From contig JAWCMA010000017.1 in the NCBI GenBank assembly GCA_038850285.1, positions 1 to 24,811 on the forward strand: a stretch of DNA of 24,811 nt. Direction: 5' to 3'. Each line of letters starts with the position of its first letter. Within the stretch, counting starts at the first letter, position 1. The DNA comes from Methanocellales archaeon (GTDB lineage Archaea > Halobacteriota > JAWCLZ01). The notes beneath the pieces were generated by a model. It was not told the DNA's origin, ran no database searches, and saw only the letters and a program-made list of their open reading frames with translations. This document shows, piece by piece, positions 1-6,833 of this stretch. The position numbers and the translations under genes were made by a program.

Positions 1-531
1 ATGCACTTTATAGGTGGATTGCTCGAGCATTCCCCCTCGCTGCTTGCATTTACTTCTCCAACTACGAATTCCTATCGCCGCTTAGTGCCTGGCTATGAAG
101 CACCTGTGAATCTGGTTTACTCTCAGCGCAATAGAAGTGCAGCCGTGCGCATACCCGTTTATTCGCTAAGCCCCAAGGCAAAGCGCATTGAATACCGACC
201 GCCTGATCCAAGCTGCAATCCATACCTTGCCTTTGCAGCCATATTGATGGCAGGGCTGGATGGAATAGAAAAGAAAAGCGATCCAGGCGAGCCGATGGAT
301 GTGGATGTATTCGAACTTCCAGCTGAGGAGGCAGCGAAGATAAAAACAGTGCCAGGCAGCCTGGAGAAGGTTCTCGACGAGCTTGAAGCAGATCACGAAT
401 ATCTGCTGAAGGGAGATGTATTCACCAGAGATTTAATTGAAACTTGGATTGAATATAAGAGAAAGAGAGAAAACGACCAGGTCAGACTCAGGCCCCATCC
501 ATACGAGTTCTACCTATACTTCGATGTTTAA
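1..531 (+). CDS. glnA: Glutamine synthetase type I, C-terminal part (5' end outside window)
   Basis: Motifs [38 protein letters not shown] and C-terminal [13 protein letters not shown]. The ATG at base 1 is probably an internal Met. Confidence 0.97.
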   Translation: MHFIGGLLEHSPSLLAFTSPTTNSYRRLVPGYEAPVNLVYSQRNRSAAVRIPVYSLSPKAKRIEYRPPDPSCNPYLAFAAILMAGLDGIEKKSDPGEPMDVDVFELPAEEAAKIKTVPGSLEKVLDELEADHEYLLKGDVFTRDLIETWIEYKRKRENDQVRLRPHPYEFYLYFDV

Positions 532-535
532 GCTC

Positions 536-567
536 CGACTGCATAATACAGTCGTTCAGATTTTTTT
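536..567 (+). terminator. Hairpin plus T-tract terminator after glnA
   Basis: CGACTG (536-541) pairs with CAGTCG (549-554); a T7 run follows at 561-567. Confidence 0.55.
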
Positions 568-940
568 AATTTACTAAACATATATAAAGAAAAAAAGTAT
601 CCAATCAAAAAGTAAAATCACTGCAAACTAAAAAAATGTTAAGAATAAAAGGGTGAAAATGTCAAAAGTTGAGTATATAGGAATCAGAAAAAATTTCGTA
701 TACCACCGCAAACCCCGGAAAAAATCGGGCACTGTGAAAAAAATATGCATACAATCCAAGAAATCCCAACTCCTTGTGAGGATAGCTGCATAATGCAATA
801 CTGGGAGTAAGCAGGCGGAAGTCAAGTCATACACTTCCACCTCACCTCATTTTTTCGAATCATTAATATCTAAGACCTTACAATTGAATTAATTGCCCCA
901 GTTAAAAACTTTCAAAGAGCAAGAGTAGGAGATCGATAAA

Positions 941-1553
941 ATGGATGTATTTAAACCAGCTAGCGAAGAGAGGAACATAGTATTTTTAGATATTGAAACA
1001 ACTCCACTGCCTGAGTGATGATGAAGTTGTCTTGGAATATTTAATGGATAAAGATATTGATAGGAAATTTCATCCATTGTTCTCAAAGGTCATACTCATA
1101 GGAATTAAACCTAGAAATCAAAAATCAAAATTTTTCTATGGCGATGATGAGTCCAAAATTCTACTCGATTTATGGGACTATCTGCGTAAATCCAATCTAG
1201 ATTTAATTGTCTCATTCAATGGCTACCGCTTTGACATCCCATTTCTCTACGTTAGATCACTCCTCAACGAAGTAAAGCCCTCTCTACCCATAAATACAAA
1301 TAAGTATAATATGGATAGATCGAATCATTTCGATTGCATGCTTGCTCTCTCTCACTACGATGTTTTCCCTTGGGTTTCTTTGGAAATAGCTTGTAGAATG
1401 TTCAAAATTGAAATTCCTCAATGCGAGGTTAAGGGATCTCAGATAAGGGAATGCTATAAAAATGGAAAGTGGGAAGGAATAATTAAGAAGTGCGAAGCTG
1501 ATTTAACAATGCTTGAGAAACTTTATAGCAAGATCTCAGATGGACTAATGTGA
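941..1553 (+). pseudogene. PolB-exonuclease-like (DEDD) 3'-5' exonuclease with a frameshift near 1010-1020
   Basis: AGGAGA RBS, then ATG at 941 gives MDVFKPASEERNIVFLDIETTPLPE (ExoI motif DIE), stopping at TGA 1016. The +1 frame (ORF 993-1553) carries ExoII FNGYRFDIPFL and ExoIII CEADL. Confidence 0.8.
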
Positions 1554-1693
1554 AATTGGCTTTCAAATTTGCGTTATATATTATATATCAGAGAGCTCAA
1601 GGCAATCCAAAGATAAAATTAACAGACAGAGGAATAGCAATCTAAAAATTAGAAGTAATAGTAATATTTACCCTCATTTGGAGTTAATAAGGG

Positions 1694-2527
1694 CTATATT
1701 GTTAGGGGTATTATAGCGAATAGGAATACATTGATGGTTCCATGGATAGTGGTGATGAAATACAAATTTCTTGTTCTCTGGAAGAGATAGCCTATTATTA
1801 ATCCAGCTGAAGCGGCGAAGATTATTTCTAAAGGCAAGCTATAGCCTGAGTGCATTGCTGCGAATATTAAACTCGCTATTATTAATCCATAGGTTGGATT
1901 AAAGAGCTGCTCTAGCTTGGTTTGCAGCAAGGATCTGAAAATTAATTCCTCAACTAAGCCTATGAATAGAAACATTATTAAAGTTATTTTTAGGAAATTA
2001 CTCAAGCTCAAGTCCTCCACTAAACCCCCTGGGTGAAGTAAAAAATATTCAATGTAGCCTAAGAGCGCTCCTAACAATAAACCAACTCCAGTGTAGAGTA
2101 CGTTTCTCCTTAAATTTGATTCTAATCCAATTTGATCTTTGGTGTAGCCTTGGTTTTTAGCTGCAAGATAGATTGGTATAAACATTGGAGCATAGATGAA
2201 TGGGAACCAATAGATAGTTAGGGGGAAGAAAACTGGTATCGATGTATTTATTATTCGAAGAAGAGGTATTAGCATTATTATCTGCAGATAATCCAAATTC
2301 TCTCTATCTATCTCCATTTTTTTAAATTTTAAGTACTTAGCTAGAATTGCTAGAGCAACAATTGAGATTAAGTTAATTATATGCAAGCCCAAGCCTAAAT
2401 AAAGCTGTTTGTGGTAAAAAAATGCCTCAGCTAAGAAAATTGCATATAAGGGTAGGCTAATGGCATTTGGCTTAAGCAAGGTTTTCAAAGATATTTTCTC
2501 AACTTGTTGAATTTTATACATTCTCAA
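1694..2527 (-). CDS. CPBP (CAAX/Abi) family intramembrane glutamic endopeptidase
   Basis: Multiple hydrophobic helices; motifs EELIFR, FAAMH and HGTIN. Confidence 0.9.
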   Translation of the reverse strand: MRMYKIQQVEKISLKTLLKPNAISLPLYAIFLAEAFFYHKQLYLGLGLHIINLISIVALAILAKYLKFKKMEIDRENLDYLQIIMLIPLLRIINTSIPVFFPLTIYWFPFIYAPMFIPIYLAAKNQGYTKDQIGLESNLRRNVLYTGVGLLLGALLGYIEYFLLHPGGLVEDLSLSNFLKITLIMFLFIGLVEELIFRSLLQTKLEQLFNPTYGLIIASLIFAAMHSGYSLPLEIIFAASAGLIIGYLFQRTRNLYFITTIHGTINVFLFAIIPLTI

Positions 2528-2909
2528 ATTCCTTCCCTCATTTCATTGAATTCAGCCTTTCCCCATTAGACAATGTCTATTCTTCCCCCAATTCATCTAT
2601 CAATTTTTTGCGAGCACGCACCTAGCTTTGAATTGAAGATGGCTATGGCAAATCATAATCATTGCATTAAATGCTTCTATATAATCTTTCTAAATATATT
2701 TCAATTCCCATCTTACCGCATCTTACGCACAAATATGAATAGAACTATCGTTTTTCAGAACAAAACCCCCTTTGAAAAGCGAGATAGCTATAAACCTCGC
2801 AAGCCACCTTGGAGCACGCCAACTATGCAAATCATTTATCAAATGAATAATGAATATAATGATTAAAAAAGATAAGAGGATGTAAAAGAATATTTAAAAA
2901 GTAAAAAAG

Positions 2910-3272
2910 ATGTTCCAAACGGAATCTACATCTTCTGCCTCACCTCCGAAGCAGAAAAATATAGGAACAGCAGTTGCTCTGGCGATGATGCCAGGAATCT
3001 TCGGAGTAATGGGGATAGGACATCTATATATTGGAAGAATAGCAAGAGGAATAGCACTATTCATAATTGGTATAATAATCATCTTACTCGCAGTGGCTAG
3101 ATTCCAATATGCCATAAATTTCGCCTCCGAGGGATATCGTCACATAGCTACTACCATTTATGCCACTAGCATAATTGATCTCACAATCTGGGGATGGCAG
3201 ATCTATGATGCATATAGTTTAGCGGTGGAATACAATAGAATAATTCAAGAAACTGGAAAGGCACCTTGGTAA
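2910..3272 (+). CDS. TM2-domain-like small membrane protein
   Basis: KNIGTAVALAMMPGIFGVMGIGHLYIGRIARGI fits the TM2 pattern; C-terminal WQIYDAY. Confidence 0.75.
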   Translation: MFQTESTSSASPPKQKNIGTAVALAMMPGIFGVMGIGHLYIGRIARGIALFIIGIIIILLAVARFQYAINFASEGYRHIATTIYATSIIDLTIWGWQIYDAYSLAVEYNRIIQETGKAPW

Positions 3273-3341
3273 TGGAAAACTTGAAACATATCATGAAGAA
3301 TGAAATTAGAAATTATATTAGAATAATAGAATAAGATAGCT

Positions 3342-4352
3342 ATGGACAAATTACACATACCTGAACCAATTTCCGCAGGGCTCTTTCTCTCCTATAAATG
3401 TACTAGCAAATGTAAACATTGCATGTACGCTTGCTCCCCTAGCTGGAAAGCAGACTGGATTTCCGAGAGATATATACAAAAAATTTTAACTCAACTTGTG
3501 GATAAAATAATGGAAAGCCCCTATGGAATTGATATTAGTATAAACCATGGGCTTCATTTCACCGGTGGAGAGCCCTTCTTAAATTTCAATTTATTGCTTA
3601 AAGCCACTAAAATCGCTCACGAGCTTAGAATTCCCTCAACCTTTGTGGAAACCAACTGTTTTTGGTGCATCGATGATAAAACCACAAAGGAGAAGCTAGA
3701 GCTCTTGAAAGAAGCTGGGTTAAAGGGTATATTAATCAGCGTGAATCCCTTTATAATTGAGCAAATACCCTTTGAGCGAATAGATAGAGCTGTTAGAATA
3801 AGCAAAGAAATCTTTGAAGATAATGTTATAACCTATCAAGATTTCTTCTACCAGCAATTTAAAAGGTTAAACATAAGCGATAAATTGCCCTTCGAAGAAT
3901 ATTTGAAAAAAGCAGCTTACAGCTTGCGCTATGTGGAACTAATTCCAATGGGTAGAGCTGTTTATAAACTTGGAAATCTATTTAAAAAATATCCCGCGGA
4001 GCAATTTTTCGGTGAATCGTGTAAAGAAGAGCTAACTAGACCTTGGCATGTTCACGTAGATAACTATTGCAACTACATCACTGGCTATTGCGGAGGTATT
4101 TCCCTAGGAAACGCTAGAGACCTTGCCTCCATTCGTGAAGTAGATTTAGACAAGCATCCAGTTTTAAAAGCGCTTACCACGGATATTAAAAGGCTATATG
4201 ATTTAGGAGTTGAATTTGGCTATAGAGAAAAAGAAGGTTATATCTCAAAGTGCCATCTATGCGTGGATATAAGGAAGCATTTGATACAGCACGGGGGTAA
4301 ATTTAAATTTAAAGAGCTTACCCCGAGAGATTTTTATCTTCATTTAGAATAA
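3342..4352 (+). CDS. Radical SAM protein with a Cys-containing C-terminal extension
   Basis: CTSKCKHC (CxxxCxxC), FTGGEPFL, ETN; extra C-terminal cysteines including KCHLC. Confidence 0.92.
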   Translation: MDKLHIPEPISAGLFLSYKCTSKCKHCMYACSPSWKADWISERYIQKILTQLVDKIMESPYGIDISINHGLHFTGGEPFLNFNLLLKATKIAHELRIPSTFVETNCFWCIDDKTTKEKLELLKEAGLKGILISVNPFIIEQIPFERIDRAVRISKEIFEDNVITYQDFFYQQFKRLNISDKLPFEEYLKKAAYSLRYVELIPMGRAVYKLGNLFKKYPAEQFFGESCKEELTRPWHVHVDNYCNYITGYCGGISLGNARDLASIREVDLDKHPVLKALTTDIKRLYDLGVEFGYREKEGYISKCHLCVDIRKHLIQHGGKFKFKELTPRDFYLHLE

Positions 4353-4383
4353 CTAGTAGAATAACTAGAATAATCTTGATATT

Positions 4384-5052
4384 ATGGGTGGAAAAATAAT
4401 TTCCTTCGATGTAAGAGGTACTCTCACCACTCCCAGATTCACAGATTTAATTTGGGAGGAAGCTATACCAAAGCTATACTCTGAAAAAACTGGAATCGAT
4501 CTAAATAGCGCAAAATCCTATGTTTTTAGGGAATATGAAAAAATCGGGGAGGATAGGATAGAGTGGTATGATATTAAATATTGGTTTAAGCACTTTGGAC
4601 TCGGCGATAACTATCGAAAATTGCTCAAAAGTTATAGTCACGAGGTCTCATACTACCCAGAGGTCCGCGAGGTTCTCGAGAATTTAAATAAAAATAGAAA
4701 TAAAAATAAAAAATATGAGTTGATCATAATCTCTAACGCTGCTAGAGAATTTCTCGAAGTGGAATTAGAAGGAATTGAAGATTATTTCTCATATATTTTC
4801 TCTGCTCCCTCGGATTTTAATCAAATCAAGAAAACTCCAAGTTTTTATTTGGATATATGCAATATCTTGAAAGTTAAGCCCAGTGAAGTTACTCACATAG
4901 GCGACAATTGGTTTTTTGACTACATAATTCCAAGGGAAGTGGGAATAGAAGCTTTCTACTTAGAAAGGCAAGGGAAAAAACAAGGGGAATTTATTGTAAA
5001 AGATTTAAAGGAATTTGAAAAAAAACTTTTGGATTTAAACTTTTATAATTAA
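4384..5052 (+). CDS. HAD-superfamily hydrolase
   Basis: Motif I FDVRGTL (variant of DxDGT), motif II IISN, motif III K, motif IV HIGDNWFFD. Confidence 0.88.
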   Translation: MGGKIISFDVRGTLTTPRFTDLIWEEAIPKLYSEKTGIDLNSAKSYVFREYEKIGEDRIEWYDIKYWFKHFGLGDNYRKLLKSYSHEVSYYPEVREVLENLNKNRNKNKKYELIIISNAAREFLEVELEGIEDYFSYIFSAPSDFNQIKKTPSFYLDICNILKVKPSEVTHIGDNWFFDYIIPREVGIEAFYLERQGKKQGEFIVKDLKEFEKKLLDLNFYN

Positions 5053-5108
5053 ATTATGAAAATCGAAAATCAAAAAAGAATACTTTCACCACGCTCTTAC
5101 TTAACTCA

Positions 5109-5116
5109 TTTATAAA
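5109..5116 (+). promoter_or_regulatory. Putative TATA box upstream of the hairpin and zinc-finger ORF
   Basis: TTTATAAA at 5109-5116, about 40 nt before the hairpin at 5158. Confidence 0.4.
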
Positions 5117-5232
5117 CAAAATGCGCCATTTTTGAATTAGAGATTAGATAGAAATAAGGGTGGAAGGGATTTGCAACGCCCTACTTCGCTTCTGGGCCTC
5201 TTGCAACTTCTATCCAAAAAATGGGGTGTGAG

Positions 5233-5376
5233 ATGCACAGGCGAATTAAATGCATTATATGCGGGAGAATATTTGCTTCATATGAAAAATATGATGAGCA
5301 TAGCTACCAAGTCCATCGCTTGAAAACCACAAAGCTGAAAAGGCACTATGAATTAATTGCCCCACTTTATCATTAG
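5233..5376 (+). CDS. Small C2H2 zinc-finger protein, 47 aa (below the ORF-track cutoff; alternative start 5221)
   Basis: Hand translation MHRRIKCIICGRIFASYEKYDEHSYQVHRLKTTKLKRHYELIAPLYH*. Spacing is C-x2-C-x12-H-x4-H with the conserved Phe. GGGGTG RBS-like sequence precedes the ATG. Confidence 0.75.
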   Translation: MHRRIKCIICGRIFASYEKYDEHSYQVHRLKTTKLKRHYELIAPLYH

Positions 5377-5445
5377 CTCAATGGAATGGAAAGAATAAGA
5401 TACGAGTAGACCTTAAGCCCAACTGCTTAAGCTTAAAGCTGCTTT

Positions 5446-6108
5446 TTACTTCTCTTTAAGTATGGAGGAAATGGTTGAAAAAGCGCTTTTAACCACCAAA
5501 TAGGTACCTCCAACTACTATTACGCCAATTGCACCTAAACCTAAAGTTGCAGCACTTATCCCAGCGGAGACAAGAATAGCGGTGTCATGCTTAGTTAAAT
5601 ATGAAGCTAGTTTTTTCATTATAGAAGGACTCACTGCAATTGCATCAGTTTCAAGGGTAATATTACCTCTTTGAAAAACCTTTATCCAACCGCTTTCCTC
5701 TGAAATTAAAACTGCAGTTATCTTTTCACTATACTCAGTAATACCCTTAGCTGCCGCGTGTCTAGTGCCAAATCCATACATAGTTGAGGTTTTTAAAACC
5801 CTTGCTCCATAGGCGAGTGTCTCCCCATTTTGAGTTAAATAAATAGCTCCATCCAATGTAGCGAGCTTCTCAAGCACCACATCCATGCCTTTTGAAAGCA
5901 ATGTGCCTCCGAATATCAATTGAGGATATTGACATTCATAGGTGCCCTCAGCAAGCTCTCTTGGAGCTATAATGAAAAGCGCGCCTTTTTTATCCCTAGC
6001 AAGTCTCTTAGCAATCCCAAGCACCTTTTCCATTACCTCTGCTTCAACATCAATGGTTTCTTTAACCTCTTTAACCTCTTTAACCTCTTTAACCTCTTTA
6101 ACTTCCAT
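5446..6108 (-). CDS. Diadenylate cyclase (DAC/DisA_N domain) with a C-terminal hydrophobic segment (alternative start 6129)
   Basis: GALFII, LATLDGA, GTRHAAA and ISEESG are DAC motifs; Gly/Ala-rich hydrophobic tail. Confidence 0.9.
   Translation of the reverse strand: MEVKEVKEVKEVKEVKETIDVEAEVMEKVLGIAKRLARDKKGALFIIAPRELAEGTYECQYPQLIFGGTLLSKGMDVVLEKLATLDGAIYLTQNGETLAYGARVLKTSTMYGFGTRHAAAKGITEYSEKITAVLISEESGWIKVFQRGNITLETDAIAVSPSIMKKLASYLTKHDTAILVSAGISAATLGLGAIGVIVVGGTYLVVKSAFSTISSILKEK
6061..6105. repeat. In-frame 9-bp tandem repeat, (EVK)x5, at the DAC N-terminus
   Basis: TTTAACCTC x4 plus TTTAACTTC on the + strand. Confidence 0.95.
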
Positions 6109-6351
6109 TGAATTAAAGTAAGACTTCATTTAATAAAAACTATTCTATCTCAACTATCTCAAATCTCAAATTACTAGCGATGTTTAGCATCCCAGCAGCA
6201 CTTGCACTACCAGTTATATATCCTTGGATTAATTTAAAATCGCAGCCACCTCTATCCTCTAGCTCCGTAGAAAGCGATCCTAGAAGCTAGAAGCCATAAG
6301 CCAACCATAGAAAAGATTATAATCCATGTAAACATATAATTATTACTTTCA

Positions 6352-6365
6352 GAAAACTATATATG
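6352..6365 (+). promoter_or_regulatory. Putative BRE-TATA for the tRNA-Lys/rpo operon
   Basis: GAAAACTATATATG: purine-rich BRE followed by TATA. A second candidate, GAAAAGATTATAA, lies at ~6310. Confidence 0.4.
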
Positions 6366-6460
6366 CAATGAATGCATTGGGCATGCGATTTGAGAGGTAG
6401 ATTTCTAATTGAAAGGTGAGTATTTGCTTGGGGATGTGGTTTATTTAAATATATTGAAGA

Positions 6461-6558
6461 GGGCTCGTAGCTCAGTTAGGCAGAGCACCTGGCTTTTATT
6501 TTCGAAAATAGCTTTAGAAGATACCAGGTGGCCGGGGGTTCAAATCCCCCCGAGCCCG
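6461..6558 (+). tRNA. tRNA-Lys(UUU) with a 24-nt intron at position 37/38 (6499-6522); CCA not encoded
   Basis: Acceptor GGGCTCG/CGAGCCC, D arm GCTC/GAGC, anticodon stem CCTGG/CCAGG, anticodon TTT at 6495-6497, T arm GGGGG-TTCAAAT-CCCCC. CTTT/GAAG forms the central helix of the bulge-helix-bulge. Confidence 0.95.
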
Positions 6559-6578
6559 TTTTAATGGGAGGGGAAAAT

Positions 6579-6821
6579 TTGGCTAAGAAGTTTAATGTAC
6601 TTGAGCATGAATTAGTTCCTGAGCACGTGATAGCAAGTGAGAAAGAAGTTGAGGAGATTTTGAAAAAATATCAATGTGAAAAAGGACAGCTTCCTCTTAT
6701 TCGCACAAACGATCCAGTGGTGAAGGAGATAGGTGCGAAAACTGGAGATGTAATTAAAATAATAAGAAAAAGCCCTACCGCGGGTAAAGTAATTGCCTAT
6801 CGCTATGTAGTGGAAGCATAG
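6579..6821 (+). CDS. rpoH: RNA polymerase subunit H (Rpo5)
   Basis: HELVPEH...QLPLIRTNDPVV...RKSPTAG. TTG start after GGAGGGG; the ORF-track start lies inside the tRNA. Confidence 0.97.
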   Translation: MAKKFNVLEHELVPEHVIASEKEVEEILKKYQCEKGQLPLIRTNDPVVKEIGAKTGDVIKIIRKSPTAGKVIAYRYVVEA

Positions 6822-6833
6822 GATGTGAAAGCA

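Noticed and set aside
628-840. 70-aa minus-strand ORF
   Set aside because: Its hydrophobicity comes from poly-T DNA, the SD-like GAGGTGA abuts the start with no spacing, and no family is recognisable.
1016-1024. Selenocysteine or stop read-through at TGA-TGA-TGA
   Set aside because: The conserved protein continues in a different frame, so read-through would not restore it.
2573-2866. 97-aa + strand ORF
   Set aside because: No motif, atypical composition, and it lies across a divergent promoter region.
5053-6460. c-di-AMP (ydaO) riboswitch, CRISPR repeat or tRNA att remnant near the DAC gene
   Set aside because: No ydaO consensus. TTGCAA occurs only twice with no spacer array. The tRNA-like minus-strand tail at 5158-5175 does not match tRNA-Lys and forms no cloverleaf.
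6528-6578. N-terminal extension of RpoH in the ORF track
   Set aside because: It overlaps the tRNA T arm and acceptor stem; the SD points to TTG at 6579.
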